DNA of 62,412 nucleotides, the filler included, from an uncultured Planctomycetales bacterium (GTDB lineage: Bacteria; Omnitrophota; Gorgyraeia; Gygaellales; Profunditerraquicolaceae): assembly GCA_964487475.1 (NCBI GenBank). It is 5 parts of 5 records of this genome, joined end to end, with 100 filler letters (N's around TTAATTAATTAA, not from the genome) between each part and the next. Parts side by side here need not be neighbours in the genome. Positions count along the whole stretch, not along the records: positions 1 to 16,968 come from CAZAPM010000022.1; 4 more parts are not named here. One strand, written 5' to 3'. The position numbers and the translations under genes are program-made. The stretch's first letter is position 1, and each line of letters opens with the position of its first letter. Positions 1 to 12,200 of the stretch are shown here, piece by piece. The notes beneath the pieces were generated by a model. It worked only from the letters and a program-made list of their open reading frames with translations. It was not told the DNA's origin and did no database searches.

Positions 1-2
1 GG

Positions 3-245
3 GACAGGGCGCCGCCGTATCGTCCCGCTGCGCGCGCGACCTTCGCGTTCCAGGTCCTGGTGAACGATATCTTCAGGCATGAAGCCGTCCATCACCGCGG
101 GGTGACCGCGGAAGAGCAGGCCATCTCCGCCAGCATCGATTTCTTCCGGAACGATCCTGACGCGTTCCTGGCGCTGCGCAACTGGGCCCGCCTGTTCGGG
201 GTGAGGCTGCATAAATCCTACCGTGACCAGCTTGATCAGCTGGAG
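3..245 (+). repeat. HExxH linker module copy 1 (5'-truncated)
   Basis: RAPPY...FAFQVLVNDIFRHEAVHHRG...E..AISASIDFF...LALRNWARLFGVRL...Y. Confidence 0.92.
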
Positions 246-3200
246 ATCGCGCAGAACCGCAAGGATGTCCTTTACCTGGATTCGGTCAGGTTCAGCGCGG
301 AATACGAGCTTTATCATGAGGCCAAGTTCGGTCTGGGTAACGGCCGGATCATGTCCCGTTCGGCGGCTGAGGAGCGGCAGTATGGCTCCACTTCCTGGCC
401 CATGACCTTCGTGAGCGGAGTGTTCAACAAGCCGGAGGCGAACGCCTCCGAGCTGGTCAACGTCACGAACTGGCTGCCGCTGACCTTCCGCACGCAGATC
501 GCCGGGGATTACGGATGCTGGTTCCAGGTGGACCGGGGCCTGCTGCCAGAGTATCGTATCTCCCTGAACATGCGCCATGGGGTGATGGAAAGGGATATGC
601 GCTGGAGGGATGACAAGGGGCGGGAGGTCCGTATCCATATCCGCCGCATCGTCAGCCAGGCGAGGGAAGATATCGCGGCCATCGAATATACGGTCGTCCC
701 GCAGTTCACGGGAAGTATCGAGTTCGAAGCCGGTCTGGATGCCGCCATGTTCAACCGCAGCGAAGCCATGGTGCGCAAGCATCTGGAAGTCATCTCCAAG
801 GGCCAGTCTCAGGGCGCAGGCATATACCTGACCGCCAGGACCGCCGAATCGAAGATCGCCGTCGCCGAAGCCTCCCGGCTGTCGGTGTTTGCGGATGATG
901 TCCCGGTATCCCTGCAGCCGCAGGTGCGCGAGGAGCAGGAGAGGGTTTTCCAGACCGTTTCCCTGCCTGTCAAGGCCGGCCAGGAGATCAGGGTCGAGAA
1001 GGTGGTCAGCATCCTCACTTCGAAGGAGACCGGGATGGACGCTCCGGCTGAAGTCGAGCGCGTAGCCCGGGAACATGCGGCATCCGCGCCTGCCTTCGCC
1101 GCGCTTTATGACGAGCATGCCCTGGCGTGGGAACGCATCTGGGATAATTCCGGCCTGACGGTGGAGGGGGATCCTCAGGTGCAGATGGCGGCCAACTACT
1201 GTACGTTCTCCCTGTTGCAGTCCGCCCGGGAGGGCGAGGAGCTGGCGAATATCGGCGCGAGGACCTTTGGAGAACATTACAAGGGGCATACCTTCTGGGA
1301 CACGGAAATATACATGCTCCCGCTCTTTACCTATACTCAGCCCAAGACCGCGCGTTCCCTGCTCATGTACCGGTATCACTGCTTAAGCGGCGCCCGCGTC
1401 CGGGCCCGCGCAGAAGGTTTCCAAGGCGCGAGGTTCCCCTGGAGAAGCGGGATGGCCCGAAAGAGCGCATCCGGAGCGTATGAAGGAGGGGAGGAGCTTA
1501 CCACACATGCGATCCGCGATTTCGAGATCGGCCCGATCCCCGGCGAGGATCTGACCGGCAGGCTCGAGATCCACGTGAACTGGGATATCGTAGTGGCGGT
1601 GAAGCGTTATTTCGAGGCCACCGGTGATCAGGAGTTCCTGGAGGATTACGGCGCGGAGCTCATGCTGGAGATCGCCCGTCTGGCCGCCAGCCCCGCGTAT
1701 ACGGTGTGGAACGAGTCCCGCAGGTCGTACGATACCCGCAGCCTTGGACCGAACGAATGGGGAGAGAAGGACGCCGGCGCGGAACACATCCCCGGAGTGC
1801 GCAACAACGCGTATAACAACGTCATGACCGCGTTCACCATCTTTACCGCTTTGGAATATCTTCAGAAGATCCCCGCGGCCAAGAGACAGGCTTTGCTGCA
1901 GCGCTGCGGGATGAGCGAAGCGGAGTTCGCGGAGTTCGAATCCCGGGGTCAGGATATCATCCAGAAGATCTATGTGCCGTACGACCCGCAGACCAGACTG
2001 ATCTTTGAATCGGAGTTCTTCCTTGACCGCAAGGCCATAGAAGGGTTCCTCAAGCCGGAGATCCCCTGGTATGACAGTAAGATCCGTAACGAAGTCCTGA
2101 TGCATTTGAACGGCGCTCCGGCCAGCAGTTATCAGGTCGTACGTCAGCCCGACACCATGATGCTTTTCGTGCTGCGGGAGCTCTTCTCCGATGAGTTCAA
2201 CGGCATCTTTGTGCAGCGGTTCGGCCGCAATATCTTCGATGACGAGCATCTGGAGAAAAACCGGCAGTATTATACCCCCAAGACCTCCGGGGAATCCTCC
2301 CTGGTGTTCACCGCGGTGTGTATCTACGAGCTTATGTCCGGGCATCTGCGTAAGGCCATGGAAGCGTTCCTTACCGGCGTGCGTATCCTGGGGGAGACCA
2401 GCCGTCAGAAGGTCGGCCGCCAGGGTATCGCGTCCGCTAACAACGGCGGGGTGTTCTACGCGCTGGTCAGGGGCTTCGCCGGCCTGCAGATCTCGGAGCA
2501 GGGCATCCGCGTCTCTCCGGTACTGCCCGAAGGGTTTACCCGGATCGGTTTCAAAGTGCATTACCGCGGCGTGCGCATCGCCTTCAATATCGCGGCGGAT
2601 CGGATCACCGTCACTCCGGAACTCCTGCCCGGTTCCCGCGGGGAAGCTCCGGAGGCCATCAGTATGTATATGTACGGCCAGCAGGTCGAGGTCAGGGTCG
2701 GCCGGGAGAACGTGTTTCCCGTCGGCGCCAAGAGCATCCGCTTCGCGGAACCGGACCTGGCGGTGCTGGCGACCCGTTTCAATGAATTGCTGGCGACCCT
2801 GAAATCCCTGCACGTTTCGGCGAAGCTCACCGATCAGGCAAAGGTCAGCCTGCGCGAAGGCGTACGGGTCGTCCGTGAGCACCAGGCGAACCAGGCTTCC
2901 TGCCACTGGTATGTGTATGACACGCTGGCGCTGCTCCTGGAATCCCACGTCCTGCCCTGGCTCGGCGAAGGTAAGGCCTTCGATCAGAGGCTGCTGTCGC
3001 ATGTGCTTGAGAGCGTCGAAGGGTTGATGGTCAATGCCCGGCATACGGTGTACCTTAATAATGTGGCTAATTTCTTCAAGCGCGAGCGGGCATACGAGAA
3101 GAGCCTGATGGTGCTGCGGATCGTGACCTCGATCGACGACAACAATACCGATGCCTTGAACACCATGGGGTATATCTACCTCTTCCAGGGGAAACGGGAC

Positions 3201-6200
3201 AGGGCGGAGTGGATCTTCCGCCGGGTGCTCTCCATCGATGCCTGGAACATGGGCGCCAAGAACGGCCTGGCGGATATGACGGAGGAACTGCGCTGGGTCA
3301 GGCCTTTCCCGGGAAAAGAACCCTTAAGCCGGGAAGGTGTTCGGACCGAAATTGACCGTTGCGGCGGATTGCAGCAGGAAACCTTTGCGGCGGTAGCCGC
3401 GTCCTCCGAGGAGGCGCAGCGGGCCATGCAGTATATGCGCGGGCTGGGCGATCACGAGGCCGCAGGGTTCCTGCAGTTCATCGCCGACGCCGGATTGATC
3501 CGCGCCGGGCCCGTTCCCGGCATGCTCGCGGGTGTCTATCAGCACCCGGAAGCCATGGAGCAGAAGGTGGTGGTGCTTTCCACCGCCGATCCCGCCTTCG
3601 ATATCCCCGCAGAAAAAGCCGTCAGCCTGATCTGGCTGGTCAGCGCATTGCTGCACCGCAAGGACAGCGAAAAGAGAGCCGCCGAGTACCTCGCGTCGGT
3701 CTCCGTCACGTATACCCCGAGCGCGCTGCATGCGGTAGTGGCGCAGGCGCAGAAGTTGCCGGCGGAGGCATTGCGGGCGGTGTGCGCAAAAGTATCCCCG
3801 CAGGATGCGGCGCTGCTGGATCATCCCCGCCAGCCCCTGGAAAAAGACGCCACTTCCCTGGTGATCATCAATGCCAGGTTGTACCCTTCCTTCAGCGCGA
3901 TCATAGAAGAGCTTAAATACCTGAAGACCCTGGGCGTACGGAAGGTGCTGCTCATAGGCTCGTTCCGGGAAAGCAAGCTCAGCGAAAAGTACGGGAAGGG
4001 CGATAGCGATATCCGCACGCAGGGAAAGACGTATCTTTATTTAAGCCGCGATCCGTCCGGCCGCATCGTTTCCGTGGTCTGGAACTGCGAGGACCCGGCC
4101 AAGCCGTATATCCCGGCCACTGCGCCCGGGGAGCTGGAGGGAAGTTCTCGCGGTACCATTATCTCCGGCAAGGGGGATAAGGACTTAAGCGCCGCGGCAT
4201 TTTCCATCCCGGACTATGAATTGAGCCCGGTGCTGGGCGGCCAGGAGCAGTTCGCGCCGCTGATCGCCCAGGCCCAGAGCATGGGTATCGATATCTTCCT
4301 GGATTATGTCCCGCACAGCACTTCCGTCGATTCTACCTGGCTGCTGGATGAAACGCTGCAGACGGGTGAGGGATACTGGTACGTATATAAGGACCTGCCC
4401 GAAGATCTGCAGCGCCAGCTCAGGGAGGCCGGCAACGAGGAATCCCTGATCGCGCTTTCCGATAAGATCCTCAAGGAGAATCCGGGGTATTTCCTGCATT
4501 ATTCCACGAAGCTCGGCAGATGGATATTCCTGGTCCTTTCCCGGGACGCCACCATGAAACCGCTGGGCCTCTTCTTCAACGATCTGCAGGTGCTTATAGA
4601 TATCACCAACCCGGATGTCCGCCACGCCCTGAGCAAGGTCGTGGTGCGTATGGCGGAGTGGGGGGTCAGGGGCGTGCGCGTGGATTGCGCGCAGGCGGTG
4701 GTCTTAGGCCTGCACGGCCAGAATCTCGGGTTCATCAACACCTGGAAGGACCATCATCTTACCAATCCGAATCCTCACGGGCAGTGGGAGTTGTACGCGG
4801 AGGCGGTCAATGCCGTCAGGATGGTCACCCCGGATTTCGAGTTCTTCGGGGAAGCCTTCTGGTTCTTCAACGAGCTGGAATCGTGCGGGTTCAACAGCCT
4901 TTACCAGCTGCATGTGTATAACCTGCTGCGCCGCAAGTCGGATATCCCCGAGCTGCGGCGTTATCTGATCCGCACCTCGGACCAGGAGCAGTCGCACCGC
5001 TCGCACGGCGCGATCAGCCACGACGATAACCCCAACTACCGTTTCGAGCGCCGGGGCAATCCGCAGGCTGCGGCGCGCCGGTTCCTGAACCATTCCCTGT
5101 TCATCGCCTCCATTCCCGGCCGGGTCATCTTCCATGACGAACAGCTGGGCCACGGATATCTTATCGCCGCGACCAACCGCAGGCTGGTGCTCGATGACGT
5201 TCCGCATCCCGAGGTGCGCGCCTCCTTCGCAGAGCTTTTCTCCCTGGCAGAGGAGCCTCTGATGCGCAAAGGCGGGTTGTACGTGCTGCAGACCTCCCAG
5301 CCGCAGGTGCTGGCGTTCGCGCGCTACACCCGCAGTAACGTGGCGATCGTGGTATGCAACCTTTCCGGATTCGTGTCACGCACGGATATCGGCAGCATCG
5401 GGCAGCGCCACAATGTTTCCTGGGATGATATGAAGGGATTATTCGAGATTCCGGCGGAGGGTGAAGAGAGGCTTTCCCTGCAGCGGGAGTTCGATACCCT
5501 GCTTAAAGAAAGCCCGCTGCCGGAGGCGTTCAAGACGGATCTGCTGGCCTATCTGCTCAAGGTACTGGAAGGGGAGACCGTCCGGGACAGGATACCGCTG
5601 GGCGATGCCGCATATCAGCTCGGTATCCACGATCGGGAGGCGTATTACGCCTTCATCGACCGCCTTAACGGCGAGGTGCTTTTGCGCAGCGGCGCGGAAC
5701 TCCTCTCCGAAGGGCTCTATGTCGAGCTTCCGCCGCATACCAGCCATGTGTTTCTGTTGCAGGCCATGCAGGACCGGCAGCAGGAGCTGCGCTGGATGCG
5801 TATCCGTTCCGGGGGGAAACCGCTGTCTTTGGAGGATGTGTATATCCTGATGCAGAAGTTCGGAGTGGAATTGAACTTTGCCGCCAAAGGCGATGCCGCC
5901 AAAGCCGAAGCGCTGAAGTACACGCTCAAAGCGGTCGCATCCGCGGAGGAGGCCTCCCGATTGCTGGCGGCGGCAGTTCCTTGCGCGTACCCGGCAAGAG
6001 TGTCGGCAGAGTATGCCTCTTTGGGGGCGCACGCCGGGCAGCAGGATGTGGTACGCTATTTCGAAGCCGCAAAGGCGCAGTTCGGCCTCAACTATGCGTT
6101 TACCCCCATGACCGTGACCGGGAATGTGGCGGAGTATGACGAGATCCTGCACCGGATCGATATTCTCGAGGGATTCGCTTCCCGGGCTCCGCCGTACGAA

Positions 6201-9200
6201 CCCGGCACGCAGCGTACGTTCATATTCCAGGCAGTGGTGGATGACATCTTCCGTCATGAATCCGTGCACCAGCAGGGTATAACCGACGAGCCTCTGGCCC
6301 GCCAGGCCAGCCGGGAGCATTTCTCTTTGCGTTCAGAGTCTTTGATCGCTTTCCTGCAGGGGGCGGAGGAATTCGGAGTGGAACTTTTCGAGGTCTACCG
6401 TAGCGAGCTGGCGGACCTCCTCTACAGATATATAGGTATCTCTATGGGTGGAGGCAAGGTGGCGGTCGCGTTGTTGAACGGTTCGCAGCAGATCGTGGCC
6501 GGTCCCCTGGAACTCCGCTGGGAGGCTGATCCGAGGTTCCAGGGGGAGAGCATCAAGGACGTTTCCCGCGCTCCCATGGTGATCGAGGTGATCGTCGATT
6601 TCGTGAAAAGGCTCATGAGCGGCCGCAGCGACCTCCTGGCATCGGTGAGCGCCGGATTGGCCGGGCCTGTGGATAAAGAGCAAGGGATCTTCGGGCCGAG
6701 CGCGCAGTTCAGGACCCCCAACCTTCCTTTCGATAATTATCCTTTCGTCGCGGAGCTTCGTAAGTCCCTGCAGCAGGCGGGTGCCGGAGATATCAAAGTG
6801 GTGATCTGCAACGACGCCGAAGCGTCCCTCAACGGAGAGACCTTCTCGCCTCTCGGTTCCCTGGCTGACGTACAAGACGGATGCATCGTGATCATCGGCG
6901 GAGGCATCAATGTCGCGGCCAAGAAGGACGGAAAGATCTTCGAGCCGGTCAAAGAGGCGGGGCATAACATCTTCCAGACCAGGGGCTCGGACGAAAAGGT
7001 GCATTATATCTGGAGGGGAGAAGAGAGCCGGGGCGGGCATCCTATCGAGTTCGGGAACACTCCGGAGGAGATCGGCAAGAAGTCCGGAGTGGCCGGGCTG
7101 GTCTATTCTCAGTTCGTCGAGGAGTACGGGGAAGGGCCCCTGGCGCAGCAGTCCTTCTGGTCCCATTTCCCGGGGTATCCTTTTATGAACTGGGCCGGCG
7201 GCATGCGCGATTTCGAAGACAGGGTTTCCGGCAGGTCCATCACCCGCCGGCTCCAGGAAGAGGTCGCACAGGTGGTTGCAGCCGGCGCGGCCCATCCCGA
7301 GTACGCGCATTATTATTCCCTGCGGCAGCGCTCCGAAGATCCCCAGTTCGCCGGGAAGATCACCATGGTGCTGAACGAGGAAGCGAAGGCAGGCAATCCG
7401 GTCGCCGTACGCTGGATCATCTCCGTTTCCCGTGAGATCGGGGAAGCGCTTGCGGCGTTTGCGGCCGCGTACCCTCAGGAGGCCTTTATCCGCCGGATGG
7501 TGCTGGTATCCGGTGTCAACGAGAACCTGGGTAAGGGCGTATATGAACATGCAGGGGAGGCGGAGGATATTTTCATCAAGTACGTGCGGGCTGCGGTCAG
7601 GGATGAGCTCACGGGATATTTCGGCTTCTCGCCTGCCGATGCCGCCGCGGTCGCGGAGGGTGTCCTGCGGTCCCGCCTGACCTATGAAAGGGAGTTTATC
7701 TCCTATCAGCCTTCTGCAGCGGAGAAGGGGGAGTTCCTGCGGGAGGCGGCGCGGGTGCGTCCGGCGAAGCAGGCTGAGCCAATTCGCCTGGCTGCCCTCG
7801 TATCGAAGCGCGCGCAGGGGATCAATGTGGCCCTTCCGGTGGTATCTGCGGGCATGACCACCAAATTATATAATCAGGCCACGGGGAACACGGTGTCCGT
7901 GGCGCAGTGCCGGGATGACGCCGCCACGCACGTGCGTTTGATGGAGTGGCTGGCCGCGACGTACGGCCTGGAAGTGATGTATTCCTTCATGCGGCTTTCC
8001 CTGGTACCTGCCGCTATCGCCGTTGCCAACGGACATCCGAATCCGATCAGGATCATGGATGAGTTCAACGAGGGGGTGGAGCGGTTCCTTACGATAGGGG
8101 ATATCGATATGGACAAGCTGTCCGTCCCGGAGCCTCAGTCGAACGCATTCTTAAGGCCGCAGCTTTCCATCCTGAGAATGGCTGCCGCCGCGCCGGGGAT
8201 GCAGGGCAGGCATCTCATGGCGTTCGTGCCCGGGCCGATCTCCCTGGTGGGGATGCTTATCGGCGCCGAGGATATCACGTTCGCGTATATGGATTCCCCG
8301 GATTCCCTTCCTCCGGCATTGGCGTACGCCTCCGAAGTGATCAAAAGGCTTGCGCTCGCGCTGCAGGAATCCGGAGCAGAGGTGATCTGCATGCTCGAGC
8401 CGACCATGCAGATCGTTCCTGTCCCGCTGGCCAAGCAGGCAGTGCCGTACATCAACGGGATATTCGCCGCGGTGCACGGCAAGGGAGCGCAGGCAGTGCT
8501 GCATGTGTGCGGAGCGACCAAGCGTTTCTTCAAGGTGCTCTCTCAGGTTGACGCGGACGGGTTCAGCCTCGATGCGGATGTGTCTTTAAAGGAGTTCGCC
8601 CAGGTGTACGTTGCGGAGTGCCCCGGAAGGAGTGAATCCGTGGTGGTCCTGGGTAATTACAGTACGTTCTCATTGCGGTCGGAATCCGCGGAGGAGACTG
8701 CGCGCAATGTCTCATCCATGATCGCGGCGTCCGCCGGGTTCCCCGAGGGAGCGTTGTACCTGCCCGCGTCCGGCTGCGAGATCAGGATGCTTAAGACGGG
8801 CGCCGACGGCCAGATCGACGCGGCGGCAGGGTTGGTCCAGCTTAAGGCGCTGGTCGAAGGGATGGCCCCGGCAGCGGCAAATCCGGCGTATCCCGCCGGG
8901 CTGATCGCGCAGGAAGTCTGCCTGATCGCTACCACGGGGGCGGAATCGCTGCCGGTTGAATACCTGGATGCCGCAAAAGCGGCGTTTGACCTGGAGTATG
9001 AGGTGGTGGATGCCACCTCTACCGGCGCGATCGCCGAGTTCAATAAGGCCACCGGCAAGGTCGATATCCTCAAGGAATTGATCTCCCGGGCGCCGCTGTA
9101 TCTGCCGGCCTCCAGGTCCAGCATGCTCTTCCAGGTGCTGATCAACGATATCTTTGCCCATGAGGCAGTGCATAGCCGCGGCATCGATGACGAGCCTTCC

Positions 9201-12200
9201 GCGATCGCCGCCAGCCTGCAGGCGTTCCAGGCGCGTCCCGTGGACCTGGAATCCTTCTATTGGGCGTGCGCGAATTTCGGTATCGCACTGAACCCGGCGT
9301 ATGCCCAGCAGATCAGTATGCTGCTGGCCCGGCAGGCGACCGATGCCTTTGTGATCGACCATATCTCGTCCTCCCTGGTCAACGGCGCGGCATTCGTCTT
9401 CGATATCGACAACACCCTTAACCGCGGCAGGATGATGCCTCTGGACGAGGATGCTGCAGAGCTGCTGTATAAATTCATCATCATCGGCCGCAAGATCATG
9501 ATCATCTCCGGCCGTTCCGCCAGCGAGATAGAGATGGGGATCCTCGGGCCCCTGGTCCGCCGCCTCAAGCAGAGCTTCATCGATTTCGAGGTCATGGTGT
9601 ACACTTCTGACGGAGCCGGCTGCTTCAATCTTTCCCGCAACGGCACTCTGGTGCTGGATTACGAGTATTCCGCCCCGTTTGCGGAGTGGGAGATCAACGA
9701 GATCCGGGCTGTGCTCGACCAGCGCGGAGCGGAGCTCGTTGCGCGGCATAATCTGGAAGGGTTCTCGCTTCCCTACACCGAGATCGATGCGCATAAGCTT
9801 AAGATCGGGTTCAGCCCTTACGGGAAGAAGAAAGAGGCGGAAAAGGAATACTATTTCGAGAAACAGCCGGAGCTCGCCGCGCAGTATTCTCCCGCACGCC
9901 TCACCAGGAAGCAGCTGGGTAAGGAGCTGCTTGAGGCGATCAACCAGCGGGGTGTTACCAATATACGTTTCGAGGTCAGCGGCAAGACCACCATCGGGTT
10001 CGTGCGCAAGGACGCGGGCAAGAAGAAAGCGATGAGGGATATCCTGAAGAAACAGTCTACCGCGGTCTATTTCGGTGACGAAGTAGGGAGCGGCAACGAC
10101 CGCACGATCGGGGAGATGGTGGTTTCCGAACCCCGTTTGATGGTCCTGGCGCTCGATCCGCAGCATAAGGATATCCCGGATGGAGTGTTCTGGATCGGAG
10201 GGATGGTCGAAGGGACTTTGCGCGTGTTGCGCAGCGCCTATGAGAAGTCGAAGGCGGAGCTTCCGGATTCCAAGATCAAGGAATTCCTTCGCCGCCGGCT
10301 CGGCACTGCCCCCGGCGCTCCGATCAGCTCCCAGACCCTGGATCTGCTGCAGAATACCTTCGAATATGCCCTGGACGCGGCGCAGAGACTGGAGTGCGTG
10401 GAGGAGCTTTGTCAGATCGTGAGATTGCCTTCCATCGCCATCTCCGCTCCCTTGAAGAGCGAGGTTCCTTCTTCGGGGCTGCCGGAAGTCATCCTGCTGC
10501 ACCTTCCGGTGGTGGTGGACGTGGATGTGCATTTCACCAAAGTGCGCGATGAGCTGGTATTTACGCATGTGGACCATTTCATCGGCAAGGAGGACGCGCA
10601 GGCGGGTATCTTGAACCGTCTGGGCAATGACGTGCTGATGGTAGGGCCTCCCATGCCGAACGCGGATGCTTCCCGGGTTTCGGGGTTGAGCATCTCCCTG
10701 ATCTTCAGGGAGGATAAGCCGAAGGGTAAAGAGGTCAGGCTGCGGGCGGTCAACCGGGTCATCTCTCCTTCGGACGCGGATGAGTTCCTCGGGCACGGCC
10801 TGGATTCCCTCCTGCTGCACAGCCAGCCCGGGCAGTTCGTGCTCCTGGGAGGCCGTTTTGCCGAAGGCGCGAACGCCGGATTCTACGCCGAGGTCATCAA
10901 GAAGCTGCGGTCGAAGCTGAAGGTGGTCTTTGATTGCAGCAGCCAGCACACCAAAAGCGATATGGAGATCATTGCGGGAAGCGGCCCGTATCTTTTCAAG
11001 GCGAACCTCAAGGAGTTCTCCCGCATCACCGGGGTGGACGCGGATACTTTGCGTCAGGACCACGATCAGCTTAAGCGCCTGGCCGAGGATTTTCTGGTTG
11101 CGCATCCCATGCAGGTGTTGTTGATCTCGATGGACCGGGACGGCTGCCTGGTGGTGACCAAAAAGAAGGTAGTGCATGCGTATTATCACCAAAACCACCT
11201 TCAGCAGCAGATACTGCACGACAATGCCGCAGGCAACGTGCTCCTCGGTGTCCTGGTCAACAGGCTTACGGCGAACTACTCAATCGAAGACGCGTTGAAG
11301 TTCGCGGTGGGAGTGGCGACCGCGCACTGCTGCGTGCCCAAAGGCACGCCGTACGATCCTTTGACCGCGGCCGAGCTCATGGGAAGGATCAAGGTGGAGG
11401 TGGATGATTCCATCTTCGGGAAAGTCGCCCGGGAGGTCCGCGCGTTCATCACCCGGACCATGGGGCTGCCTTTTGACGCGCCGATCACCGCGGACGTGCT
11501 GCAGGCCATGGACTGGAAAGTGAACTCTTTGCTCGGCCCCGCACAGAACGACCTGGCGTTCGCCTGCTGGCGGATGCTCCAGAAATCCCTGGGCAAGGCG
11601 CCCGTGGTCAGGCTGGTGGGAGACCGCCATAACGAGCATCTGCCGCCCATCTCCGTGCTGGTATATCCCGATACCTTCAACTCCGAGGTCATGCTCGACC
11701 TTAAGCCCGACGGGACCTTCGAGGTGTTTAGCATCAAGCACACACCCGGAGGCCGCATCAATTCACTGATCATCCTGAAACTTCTCGGCCGCAGGCTCAA
11801 TGCGCTCGGGTTCGTGGGCAAGGCCGGGTTCGTGAGCCGGGAGCTGCGCGAGCACCTGCAGGCCGCGCTCATAGATATCAGCCATTTCGTCGAGACGGAA
11901 GCGGATTCGAGGTATTATCCGGTCATATTCGACCGTGTCTCCGGAAAATCCGCCCGCATGAGGGCTCCGGGCATGGCCATTACCGCCGAGGAGATCGCGG
12001 AGTTCGACCGCAAGATCATCACCGAGGTGGTCGAATATATCGAGGATTCCCCGAACGGCAAGTTCCTGCTGGTGGGCGGCCGTATCCCTTACGGCGCGAA
12101 CGAAGGGTTCTACGTCAACCTGATCAAGGAAGCCAACGCCCGGGGGATCAAGGTCATCTACGACTGCAGTTTGTCCGTGACTCCCGAGCAGGCCGCGGGG

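Noticed and set aside
60..62. GTG start of giant ORF 1 (and GTG 17072 for ORF 2)
   Set aside because: Both frames are open to the contig edge and begin mid-domain, so these are not real starts.
8712..11219. 835-aa antisense ORF and other long antisense ORFs (e.g. 1383-3044, 17576-19270, 29192-30934)
   Set aside because: Shadow frames of a high-GC coding strand, with no recognisable motifs and complete overlap with well-supported domains.
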